Assembly: GCA_036172245.1 (NCBI GenBank)
Contig: JAYWIR010000010.1
Span: 1,984,001 to 2,048,000 of the forward strand
Length of the DNA stretch: 64,000 nucleotides
Direction of reading: 5' to 3'
Source of the DNA: Raillietiella orientalis
Lineage: Eukaryota
Numbering within the stretch: the first letter of the stretch is position 1; each line of letters begins with the position of its first letter. The position numbers and the translations under genes were made by a program. The notes beneath the pieces were generated by a model. It was not told where the DNA came from, did not search any database, and worked only from the letters and a program-made list of their open reading frames with translations. Below are positions 38,320 to 49,420 of this stretch, piece after piece.

Positions 38320-38910
38320 AGTCACGATCTCCGCGCGTCGCGGTTCGAATCCCGCCGAGAAGAATCGACTCCAGAGAAATGGGTGCGACGTGGGTTTGAA
38401 GTCCCCCCGCTGGGTGGTGCTGGTTGGCCTGTAGGCTTCGGGTGCGGCACTGGTAGCTGAAAAACTGGATGCCCCCGATGATTAACCAGGATCGGGAGTC
38501 AACCCTCCGGGTCCTTCCAGGAATCAAGGAGTTGGGTTCCCTCCGGGGTCCCCCTCCGGTTGTGAAAATGGAACCATGCCCCTTCTCTTTCCTTGTGGAA
38601 GACCCTCCGTCTCGTAGCATGGAGCTGCTGATGGATGACACGTCTCCAGAGTGCAAGTGCGCTGCTTACTTCGGAGTTCTCTTCAGAGGAGAGCCAACAA
38701 GGAGCAGCCTCCGGGAGTCCTTCTGGAGAGAATAAGGAAGAGGCCCCCGTTCGGGATTCCCTTCAAAGACAACCAGGGTGGAGGTTCCCTTCGGGGGTCC
38801 CTTTCCAGACGTGACAGGAACGGGCTCCATTCTCGGAGCCTCTTCCTGGATTCATATAGCGCCCGCCTCCCTGAGTATCCCCCTTATCTTGAAGAGCTAC
38901 ACGCGCCCTC
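38320..38910 (+). mobile_element. VNTR SINE copy 4 (3' truncated)
   Basis: GGTTCGAATCCC at ~38342, SINE body and VNTR units at ~38660-38840. Confidence 0.75.
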
Positions 38911-39309
38911 GCAATCATAAGACTCGTTGCCCAGGAAACATACTTGTGTTGTCCAGGATCCCCATAAGGGGGAAGTTTCGTCAAGTGGCTGTTGGTGCTG
39001 CTGCTGGGGAGAGTCGGACACTTGCAGTGAATTCGCCCCTCCTGTGATTTCCGCAGCCGAGCGATCCAGTTCGGTGGGCGTTGATCATCTTCCTCCCCCC
39101 AGCAGCACATCATTGGCCGGAGCGGGTCTGCTGTTGCGCGAGTCCTCCATGATCGGCCGCGTTTTTCGAGAGAGTGGGAGAAGGAAGACACGGGCGCGCT
39201 ACAGCCTCGACCTCGACCGACCTCCGGAACGGTGCTTGCATCCGTAATCCGGTCCGGCAGCGAACAAGTCTCGTCTCCTGGCAATGTGGGAGGGAAACTC
39301 GCCGTGGTT

Positions 39310-39470
39310 CTTTCGGGATCCTCACATGGGCTTGCTGCGTGCAGACCGGCGACCCGCCAGAGCGCACCCAGCAGTCGGCAGGGGGGTGCAGAAAGGAGGA
39401 ACTGGCACCAGGATCGCCGTCGTCCTCTCGGGCATCAGGAGTCCCACTGTTCCGCAGGGAATGTTTGAGC
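39310..39470 (+). mobile_element. APE endonuclease N-terminal remnant
   Basis: GILTW followed, after a frameshift, by HQESHC (TWN...QETH). Confidence 0.4.
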
Positions 39471-40661
39471 ATCTCTCCGGGCGGGCGATTCGGAAGCCTC
39501 TCTACAAGTCAGAAGAGGAGGAAGAAAACAGGAAGTCATGCCCTTGTGAGTTCACCTTATCCTTTTTCAGATCTCTGGAAGTTCGCCGATCCCACTCGGC
39601 TGACCCGGCATTGACCCGTAATAACCCTGATTCTTCTTCCATCGAAAGTGATGCCTGATCATCTGGTGCTCCTCGAGAGACGCGCAGATGCTCCGAGCCA
39701 CCTGCTGGGCTTTTAAGATCTCAAAGAAGTCTTCAGACGGTGCCGGGAGGGCGCCAAGTGTTTAAGGGAACGTAATGTAATGTATCAGGGAACGAGCTCC
39801 TAATCCCTTGTTCTGGCATTGCGGTACCAGTGCCGGGAAAGACTGTTTGAGGGATGCGCTTTCTCGAACGTTCTTCATCCTTCTTCTGTGGCGCAGGCAA
39901 ACCTGATTTTGGAGGGTCAAGGATGGTGAATCGGTAGGATAACGAACTGACCTGCAACTTGATCCGTCTCGCCCCGCCCCGTTCTTTGGAAATTCTTGGA
40001 AGTGAAAAAAAACAAAACATGCGGATCCGCACTCGTCTAGGACGCTTTCCATTCTTCATTTCTACTGTTGGTGATTCTTGGATCACAAAGAGCTACAACG
40101 AACCCAGCGTTGGCTGAGCAGAACGCGAGGAGCCACGCTGAGCTGAGATGGAGCACAAGATCTGAGTTGCGATCCAGTGCGGGGATGGGTTCCAGCATCC
40201 GAGTACCACCAGCACACAACAATCTACTTGACGATTCCTCCTAATCACGTGCAGTGTTTTTTTTTTTTTTTTTCCATTCTTCTTACCATTCCTCTGTCGC
40301 GGGAAATCGGAGGGAAACAAAGACGACTGGCCTATTGCTCGATTCCTCGAAGATGGAATGAAAGCGAGTGGCCAGTCTGCAGGCACGCCTCGTCCGGCCG
40401 ATGGGATAGAGAGGTGATAGTGGGTCGCCACCAAGGAAAACGATTTCCGCAGAGCTTTCTTGAGCACCAGCGGAAATGGGAGAGTCAGTAAGCAGAGGAC
40501 GGCTTCTCGAAACCTGTGTGTTCCCAGCATCCTGGTTCCCAACCTCCCATTGGCAGGGGAAACTTGAAAGTCCTCCGGATGAAAGAGATGGCATGCAGTT
40601 CCGCCTTCCCTGGACCCGATCGTTTCTCGGTTCGAGAGGAAGTACTGCTTTTCATCGACTA

Positions 40662-41072
40662 CAGTGGTATTTCGGTACTCGACGGTGTCGGAACTCGTCA
40701 AACCCAGTACTAGCCGCATTTTGACGAGAAACAAAATGTTTGGACACTCGGCCCATGCTCGAACTCGACACCCCACTCACGATGAACCTGTGAACGCTTT
40801 CTTCTCATGGTGCCTCGTGGACAATGCCGAACACTTCCACAGAGTTCCTCCCGAATCGTTCCTTTTTTGTGCTTTCTGTGCCTTTGAAGCATTAATCGTG
40901 GGTCCTAAAATGGTTAAAAATGATACCACGAAGCCTGGAAAGGAACTCTTTGGTACTCGTCAGTTTCGGCACTCGTCACGAGTTCCGGAACGAATTACCG
41001 ACGAATACCGAGTTACCAATGTATTTTTCTTTTTTCAAGGGGGAACAGTTTCCAGGCACCGAAGCATCCCTG
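40662..41072. mobile_element. pogo/Tigger-like MITE
   Basis: Left end TA|CAGTGGTATTTCGGTACTCG versus reverse-complemented right end CAGGGATGCTTCGGTGCCTG. Internal GGTACTCG/GGCACTCG subrepeats. Confidence 0.6.
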
Positions 41073-41225
41073 TTTAAAAGCATTTTTATTTCGACGAGCG
41101 CTGGACCGCTCCCGCCATGCGGTGGATCCTGAGAGGGAGTCCACTCTACGGTACCCGTTTCAAGCTCTGCTCCGGGGCAAGTCGGCACGAGGAGGAGGAA
41201 GGGATCTCAGGGTCATCTACAGGAC

Positions 41226-41875
41226 CTAGTAGCAGCGGTAATCCCGTAGGTTGATTCCGGTGCCGAAAGGCAGAGCTTCCAGCTGGACATCGCAGAATCT
41301 GCTTTCTATGTCCGGGCAGTCGAACAGAGCCCGAACTTCCACCACAGGGATGGGGTAGAGGACCGAAGGCAACCTTTCAGCGTCCGCGATGTCGCAGTAA
41401 TTGTAAGGATCTTCCATCTCGCCTTTGACCTGCTCCACCATCGTGGCCAATGCGGCAGCTTCCTGCATCTTTTGAAGCAAGAGAGGGTTGATCTTAAACA
41501 GACTCAGGGTCACTCAAGCGCCATGATGCCGGAAAAGGGTAGCATCTTCAGCTCTCAATTTTCTTCCCGGTTCGTCCCCGAACTAATTTACGGTACCAGG
41601 CAGAGCGTCTCAAGAAGAAGGAGAAGAAGCATCCCCCTCTACCGCACGTACACGCATTCACGCACGCACGCAAACCTCACCACGAAGCCCTTTCCCAACG
41701 TCGTCGACACCGTCAGGACGAAGAGGATATGCCAGCACTCCCAGGTGCAGTCCATCGCGTTCTGGGCGTCCCTGCGGTCGGACTGAGGCGAGATCTGCGC
41801 GGAGCACCACGCCACGACTCGGTCACGCAGCTGGCGCGAAGAGCGAATGTGCCACGGATAGCCGTCGCATTCTAA
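41226..41875 (-). pseudogene. Degraded spliced gene fragment, first exon MATH-domain-like
   Basis: AG...GTGAG-bounded segment translating ECDGYPWHI...CTWECWHILFVL, resembling the MATH G.PW.I...W.C pattern. The downstream segment has stops and then a 95 aa GC3-rich frame. Confidence 0.35.
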
Positions 41876-42269
41876 TCGAGGCGTGCCCCGAGAAGGAAAG
41901 GTCATCTCTAATCACCGAAGTTCACCGTTCACGGAGTTTATCCTCCCCGGTGATCGGCGATCGATACGGGCGATCCCGATCTCCAGAAATCGCAGCCCGG
42001 ACTCTCAATCTCGGCACGGCCTTGCACATGCGCTCTCGTCCTAGAGGCGCGAGACTTTTCCGAGGAGCGCTTCCGTGAAACGGACCCTTGCGAAGCCAAG
42101 TGATCTCGGGGGGATACTGGAGGAGAGCATCTTCCTCCAGGATGACGGGTGGCAGCTGCGAGTGGCTATTGGTTTCCCAGGTGTTCGACCAATCACACGC
42201 GCCGATCCAATCTTGGTCGGAGCAAGGAGAGCGTCGGCACGGATGCAATCGCGAAATCTCGCGCGCGAT

Positions 42270-42345
42270 CCTAGGCAGCAACAGATTCAGCACGGGTGGG
42301 GAAAAGGCATCGCCTCCGAGGGGAGGCCCCATTCGTCGCAGAAAG
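42270..42345 (-). mobile_element. Non-LTR RT motif B remnant
   Basis: GPPLGGDAFSPPVLNLLL resembles G..QGD.LSP.LFNL. Confidence 0.4.
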
Positions 42346-42684
42346 TTTTTTTTCGGACTGGTTTCTGGGAAGCGTGAGAAGGAACGGCAGGGATTCCTCC
42401 GCGTTATGAGTTGTCGATTGCCTCCGCGTTGCTGATGCCTCCCTGGTGAGCGAAATGCGAGTCCGCTCCGGTGGCAGGGGCCTCCAGAAAGGGATGCTCC
42501 CTGCGTCGGACAGCAACCGTGCCTTCAGACCATTTCTTGTACACCGGCGATCGCCTGCACTTCTCTGACCGACGCTTTGTTCGTGCTGCCTCCTTCAGTC
42601 GACTGCTCGTGCGAATGGGTCCTGCAGGAAATACCGCGGACCCAATATGCAGGATGTGCTCCATATGGAAAGAGTTCATCCAGC

Positions 42685-43330
42685 CTTTTTTTCTTCCTTT
42701 GGGGTTCTTTTTTCTTGGTTCTCAAGGAGTGCTGAAGAACCGTTCGCCTCCTTCGGGTGGGGGAGGGGGACACGAAGCTATTTGATGTCGTCCGCATCAC
42801 CCTATAGTGCGTGTGACTCTTCAAGTTGTTGGGAGCAACCCTGGAGGCATGAATGCCACAGTATGAATCCAGGGGGGCTCCGAAGGAAGGAATCTATTCT
42901 TCTTACTTTCGGGAGGCAACCCCGAAGGAAGCTCTCGCCCTGTTTTTTTCCGGAGGGATCCCGATGGAAATCCCTTTCTCGTTCTCTCCTGAAGGAGTTC
43001 CCAGTGGAGACTACTCCATTATTTCCCTCCCCGAAGGGAACCCGAAAAGGATCCTCTCCTGATTTCCTCCTCTTCTGAAGAGAACCCTAAAGAGGCGCTC
43101 CCCAATTTCTCTGGAGGGCGTTCCCCGAAGGGAGCAGCACGCTTCTTAGCACTCTGGAGTGGCAATCCATCATCCAGGTCCATGGTACGCAATGGAAGGC
43201 GGCTCCAGTTTCATAACCAGGGGAACGTCTCCTTGACTCCTGGGAGGATCCCAGGGGGGCCACTTCCGATCCCGACCTCATGACGGGGTCATCCGGGAGT
43301 TTCCGGCCTCCACCAGTGCCGCACCTTACG
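42685..43330 (-). mobile_element. VNTR SINE copy 5, interrupted by a LINE (remnant resumes at 44215-44240)
   Basis: Tail with poly(T) on +, about 7 VNTR units at 42880-43140, body up to ACCAGTGCCGCACC at 43312. Confidence 0.8.
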
Positions 43331-44214
43331 GCTAGATGGGAGGTTACTGTGGAAATCTCCGGAAGGAGAAGAGGGCTGGGCGAGTGGACGACGAACCAGC
43401 TCACCGACGCTGCGAACCCGAGTGCTAGACTTTATGGACTTTTGCTCTGGGGCGTGCTACTGGGTATTTCGGGGGAAGACCTGCAATGGTTCTCATGAAC
43501 ACTCTCACCCTCCCCTTAAAGTGGCAGGAGTAGGCATTGAGGCTGCTTCACTGGGGCCTTCCGTGAAACGCCCGCCGTCATCACTAGACTCAGGTGTGTG
43601 TGGACCCGAGCTGCGTCAGGTGCAGGGAACATGAATCCTTCCCGCAGCTCCTTGTTGGACTGTGTTGCCCTCCTGCCCCTTTAGGAACGCTTTGCCGTGA
43701 CCCTTGGAATCCCCGGCGGCAACTCCAGAGACGTTCTGAAGCGCTTCTTCCTGCGCGACGCCCTCATGACGTCAGGCCGCGTCCCTAGCAGCACTTTGCT
43801 GCCTACGCGGGATCGTGGCTACATGAAGCAGCAACGCCAGAGGCCGCCAGGACGACAGAGACGCCATCTATTGTGTTGTTCTCTTCATGAGGACAGCGTC
43901 AAGATGGTCCCATTTGGGAGTCTTGAAACAGGAACTTACCGGCATCCTTACAAGGATGTGGACAACACCCTTAGCACACAATTATCCCTTCCTGAACCCC
44001 TCCCCCCTTTTTGACTGAGTGTACGTTTTTCGTTTTATTTTGTTTCTTTTTGTTTGTCTCTTCTTACCCTGTGCTGCCGAGGCGAACCCCGCTGGCCCGA
44101 GTGCCAGTTCCCGCCAGGTTCCTCCACGTAGTTATAAGTAACGTGGCAGGATCAAACGTCCTGTCACAGACGTTTATTTTTTATAAGTAAACGCCCTGGC
44201 GTGACCGGATGTCA
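43330..44214 (+). mobile_element. LINE family B 5'-truncated copy
   Basis: ARWEV..GLGEWTT start, degenerate CCHC, ORF end and full 3' UTR. Confidence 0.8.
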
Positions 44215-44669
44215 ACCAGCACTGTACTCGAAGCCAACCGAGCGAACGGAGCTGTAGCTCCAGTTTTGGACACTTTCCCTCGTGGCAACCTGTGGAGCAC
44301 CTCCTGATGACAACCTGCACGTCTTGGGCAGGCGTCAGCAACGATGAAAGTCCTTCGCTGCCGGTGCAATGCTGCAGCAACATGAGCGCGGGGACGCATC
44401 ACGGAGTCATCCTTAAGTTGGTACAAAGTGCATCCGGAACTGCACTTGCAGTCCGATCCTCTCCAGCGTCGGGATGCCTAAGCCGGCATCCTGACGCGGA
44501 GCCTCCTAGTCCTTAGGGAGAATGCTGGACCTCAGCAGGCGTTACTCCCGGAACTTGGCCAAGTAGCAGGACCGACAAACAAAAAAAGAGGGGTGGAGGA
44601 GGGAGCAAAGAAGGTGTACTAAACGGAGGCTTGCTCCGGCAAGACGAACTTGCCACCTTGGAACGGTCT

Positions 44670-44800
44670 GAGAGCACTCTGTGCCTTCGAAGGCAGTCCG
44701 ATCACGCTTTTTCTGGACTGAAGTCGCCCAACGGAACGCCGAGGTACATCAAGCACCTGTCCATGAGGATTCCCACGCGGATCCAGTCAAACTGCCTCTC
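44670..44800 (-). mobile_element. RT domain 7 fragment
   Basis: DRCLMYLGVPLG, homologous to 7230-7400. Confidence 0.6.
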
Positions 44801-44804
44801 GACC

Positions 44805-45366
44805 CAAACTGTGCAAGGGGAGCGGGAATCCCTCCCTCACCTCCTAGTGAACTGCATTGCCCTCCATCCCCCTTAGGGACCTTTTCCGCGACCCTTGGAA
44901 CCCCCCGGTGGCAAGGCCAGAGATGTGATGCAGCCAGCCGCAGCTCTTGCAGCACTTTGCTGCCTTCGTGGGATCGTGACGGGGCGGAACGAAGCCAATG
45001 GAGGAGCCAACGACAGGGACGCCACCCACTTCTCTCTCCGCTTTTTACGGATAGCAGTTAGATGGCCCCACCTGGATAATAACATCAAACAAGACCTTGC
45101 CGGCATCTTCCAAAGGATGCAGAAGACCGCCCCCAGCCGGCTGTGATCCTTCCCCTAACTCCCGAAAATTGTTTTATTTTTGTTTTGTTTATTTTTCTCT
45201 TTGTTTGACCCTTCCCCTCTGCTGTTGTGGTAGTCCTCACCGGTCTGCGAACCGGTAACACAGCAGGGTATCTACAGAAAGGACGTGGTTAGACCACAGG
45301 TCCAGCCACGAAAATCGGATATGTCTATTTTATTTCAAAGAAACGATCTGGCGAACCTGGGTGAAA
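44805..45366 (+). mobile_element. LINE family B (divergent subfamily) 3' fragment
   Basis: ESLPHLLVNC and KQDLAGIFQRMQKT, with a variant 3' UTR. Confidence 0.8.
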
Positions 45367-45560
45367 ACCAGTGCCTCTGCACCCGAATAGGCCAACCAGT
45401 GTCATCCTTCCGGGAGGGCACTCGAAACCCACAACGCACTCACATTTGTTCTGAAACCGATCCCCACGTGGGGATTCGAACCCGGAACTCCTGGTGCCAC
45501 AAGCGGAGGTCGCAGGACAGCACGACGCGCCAACGCGGACAACTGCCCTGGACGCGAGTC
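45367..45560 (-). repeat. SINE head (tRNA-like)
   Basis: Minus strand CTCCGCTTGTGGCACCAGGAGTTCCGGGTTCGAATCCCC...GATGACACTGGTTGGCCT. Confidence 0.75.
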
Positions 45561-45599
45561 CCAACTCGTTAAGGGTGAGGAATTTCAGTTTCGTCAGAG

Positions 45600-45800
45600 T
45601 GCTTATCTAGACTAGGGTGCACAGAGTACTGTTCAGAGGGATACACAGGCAAGGAAGCATCTTTGACGATCTTCGTGTGCTTCTTCTCTCCAGCCTTTGT
45701 AATTTTCGAGCGTCCTCTCATTGCGGAGGTGTTCCAGCTCGGTGTTTCCATTGCGCACCCTGGGAGAGCTTACATTCGAGCAGGTCCGTATTTTTCGCTT
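45600..45800 (-). mobile_element. RLE-type non-LTR CCHC/RH fragment
   Basis: TELEHL...KKHTKIVK resembles E...H...RHN.IV. Confidence 0.4.
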
Positions 45801-46199
45801 CACCTCCTCCTTGTAGATTTTTGGTTCCCTCGACACTTCTCCGTTCCTCGGATGCCGAGATCCTCGAGATGCTGCTACGGACACGCTTGTTGATGCGGGC
45901 GTTCCTTCCGGGACGGGGTGCGGGGGTCGATTCTCGTTGCCCTTCCCCACTCTGGTCTTTCCCTCCAGAGCCATCCATGAGGACCGCCCACAGGGGCTTC
46001 CCTCCGCTCTTAAGGCTGTTTCCGGCTTCAGATTCGTTCCCGGGATCATCTGGTTAGCGGCTACCGCTCCTGACCAGGGTGCTGCAGCTCAAAGACTCGC
46101 CCTCGAGGAGAGGTCATGCACCACGCCTTGATGAGCGCCAGCAGGCCTCCTCGCCAGAAGAGCAGTCGGCTGCGAGGGGCTGTCTCCGGTCCCCGTAGC

Positions 46200-47338
46200 C
46201 AAAGACACCAGCTCGAGGCGATGTGACCTTCAGCTGCGTGAAGTGGTTGCCTTGGTGGAGGAGAACACCTGGATCTCCTGCCTGCCCGAGAAATGCACTG
46301 CCCGGCTCCAGGAGGAAAGGTCCACGGCGAGGCGGGATACAACCGCCTCCGGAAAGGAAGATACCCTCGACAGCCGCTGCAGGGGATCGCTTGCGACCTA
46401 TGCAAGCTGCTGTGGGTATCATTAACCCCCCTTGCCCCAGTGCTGACCTCCCTAAGAAAAGCAAGGGACAGCGACCTTCCGGCAAGGAGGGAAGTGTCCA
46501 GCTGCATTGCAGGAAAAAAAGAAAATGATAAGTGCGTGAATAGCTCGGCAGGCCACAGACAGGGCGACACCGAGCGTCCCTCCGAAAGAACTTTGAAGCT
46601 GGGGCGAGCTGCTCGCAATCCCTCCGGAGGAGGTAAAGTGACCCCAACATGCTGGAACAGTGCCACCCTCCCCCTCGAGTGGCAGGAGTCGTCGTTGCTA
46701 GTGGTGCATGGGGGAATCCCGCGCAAAGCGTGGCTTCACCGCTGGACGCGGGGGGAGGGCGGGTGCAAAGTGGGACAGGTGCGGGAAGATGGAGACCCTC
46801 CCGCACCTTCTGCTGGACTGTGATGCCCTCCGATCCCTTTCGGATCGCCTCGCCACGATCCTAGGAATGCCGGTGGGCGGCCCCAGGCACATTTTCAGAC
46901 GCCTCTTCGTGCGCGCCGCACTGCCGCCGCCAGCTGCATTCCTTGCAGTTCCCTCCTCCTGTCTCCGCGGGATGGCGGTGGTCTGGAACTCCAGAAAAAG
47001 AGGCCGAAATGACGGGAACGCCATCCACTGGGCGTGGATCTTCCTGAGGACCGCGTCGAGATGACTCCACGCGGGTGAACAAACAACGGAACTTGTCAGC
47101 ATCCTGGACAGGATGCAGAGGACACCTCAGCGTATGGTGATCCCTTCCACGTCCACCGCTCCTCTAGAAAGATCCCCCCCCCTTTTTTTTCGGTTTCTCT
47201 TCGCCCTCCGCCGCGGCAATGGACCTCGCCGGTTCTGCGTACCGGTGGTGGCAAGTTCACTCACGTGGTCTACCACTCTATTGTATTGACTTTATTGTTA
47301 TTTTAACAATGAACGCCCTTGAAGAACTGAGTGAAAAA
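46200..47338 (+). mobile_element. LINE family B, longer 3' fragment
   Basis: LPLEWQESSLLVVHGGIP, CGKMETLPHLLLDC and the 3' UTR with CTGCGT loop at 47235. Confidence 0.8.
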
Positions 47339-48129
47339 CCTTATCCAGGCCCCCCGGCTAGTTTCCGCAACCGTTACCGCAGGTGGATCTCCTGCTGAGG
47401 ACGCGACCCGTCTTGAGCGGCTTCTGCATAGGCGGTCGGCACTGCCCCTGGAGGGCGATGTCCAGAAGGACAGAAGGCCGAGTAGCACCACGCGAGCAAT
47501 CCACGGAGCGGCGGTGCCCTCTCGGGAGCGAACACGGAATTTCTCGAAGCCTTGGGATGCGGAACGCGGCTTTCCCTTGGCGAGGGCCTTTTTGTTTTTC
47601 AACAGGAAAGGGGAGGGGGATGTCCATTCTGCCCGTGCGGCGCGCGCGGGACGGACGTGGTTTTTGTCCTCACGTGCGGGTCGAGGGCGAGGTCGCGAGG
47701 CGCGCGCGACACTGGAGACTTCCCTCTCGACGTTCCTTCTGCCTGACATCTTCCCGATGCTTTCGAGGCCGCCGCCGGGTTTGCGCCACTTCCTTCCGGT
47801 CGCACCGGACGCGAAAATCCCTGGAGTTCTCCTCATCCGCTCGTAACTGCTTCTTCCCCCCCGGGACGCAACCTGCCTTGGAACAGACCTCGAGTGCCCG
47901 GAGAGGGGCAGCTGCCAGCAGCCATGCTGTCGGGTGGATTCCGTCCGGATGTGAAGACTTCCCGTTGATTCGTCCGCATAGAAAAGCTCATTGCTCTACC
48001 CATTTAGTAGGTTCACAGGAGCTTCCCGATATCTCAATCCACGGATGTCCACTCCGTCCTTTTGGATGGCCCCAGCCGTTGGTTATGCATGAAACCAGAG
48101 GAGGGAAAGGAGGTTTCCATGGCATCCTG

Positions 48130-48930
48130 CTCCGACCGTTGCGAAGTCGGTCTGCGGTCTCCACGCACGGTAATAAGGGTCGTGGGTTCGAGTCCCTCCC
48201 GGGGAAGGATCGACGCCAAGGATGGGAGGTGCGTCGTTAGTTTCGAGTCCCCTTCACCCCATCCTCAGGATGACGCTGGTTGACCTCGGTTGGCTCCGGG
48301 TGCAACACTGGTGGAAGCCGAAAAACCCTGGGTTTCCCCGCTGACTGGTCAGGATTTGGAAGTTGACCTCCGAGGTCCTTAGAGAAGTCAAGGAGCTCTT
48401 CGGGGCTCTTCGGTTGTGAAACTGCAGCTGTCCTCCATTGCGTACGAAGGAGCTAGTTGAATCCCCTTCGGGAGTTGCCTTCCCAGTGTCAGAAGTGCGC
48501 CGCTCCCTTTGCGGAGCGTCCCTTCAGGGTTCTCTTCAGAGCCGAAGGAAACAGGAGAAAGTCCTTTCCGGTGGATCCCTCCTAAGAAGAAATCCAGGAA
48601 CGGATCCTTTCCGGGTTCCTTTCAGAAAGGAAATAATGAAGCGGCCCTCCTTCCGGGGGATCCCTTTGGAAACAACCAGGGCGAGGATCCCCTTCGGGGT
48701 TTTCCCTCTTAAAAGTAAGAGGAACGAACTCCGTTCCTCCAGAACCTTCCTGGATTCATGGAGTGGTCCTCTCCTGAAGTACCCTCCTAACTTGAAGAGC
48801 GACTCGCACCCTCAGGTCACGTGGACAGCGTCAAAATGAGCTTCGTGACCCCTTCCCCCCCTTCAAGCAGGCGAGCGGTTCTTCAGCATTCCTTGAAAGC
48901 CAGAAAAAGAGAACCCAAGAAAAAAAAAAA
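48130..48930 (+). mobile_element. VNTR SINE copy 6 (near full length)
   Basis: GGGTTCGAGTCCC B box, VNTR at ~48500-48740, tail and A-run. Confidence 0.8.
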
Positions 48931-48937
48931 GCTGGAT

Positions 48938-49420
48938 CGACACCAGGTTGCTCCGGGGCGTTTATTTATAGAAAAATAAACATACAGGTCAGTGGCAGGG
49001 CGCTTGGTCCTGCCAAAATGTTGCCATGGGAGTCTGCTAGAACCGCCACGCAGGTCGGCGAGGTTCACCTCGGCAGCAGAGGGGAGGAAGGCCAAACAAA
49101 AAAAAAAAAAAAAAAAAACAGACTGTCAAAAAAATGGGGGGCTTCGGGAAGGGATCACTGTGTACTAGGGGGTGTCCTTCTCATCCTTGTAAGGATGCCG
49201 TCAAGTTCCTGTTTTCAAGACTCCCAGATGGTGCTATCTTGACGCTGTCCTCATCAAGAGGACAGCAAAATAGATGGCGTCTCTGTCTTCTGGAGGCCTC
49301 CTCTGGCGTTGCTGCTTCATGTAGCCAGCGTAGGCAGCAAAGTGCTGCTAGGGATGCTGCAGGTGTGAGGGAGTCGTACAGGAAGAGGCGCTTCAGGATG
49401 CTTCTGGAGTTTCCACAGGG
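48938..49420 (-). mobile_element. LINE family B 3' fragment, tail-to-tail with SINE copy 6
   Basis: AASLAALCCL and the ORF end, plus the 3' UTR on the minus strand. Confidence 0.75.
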
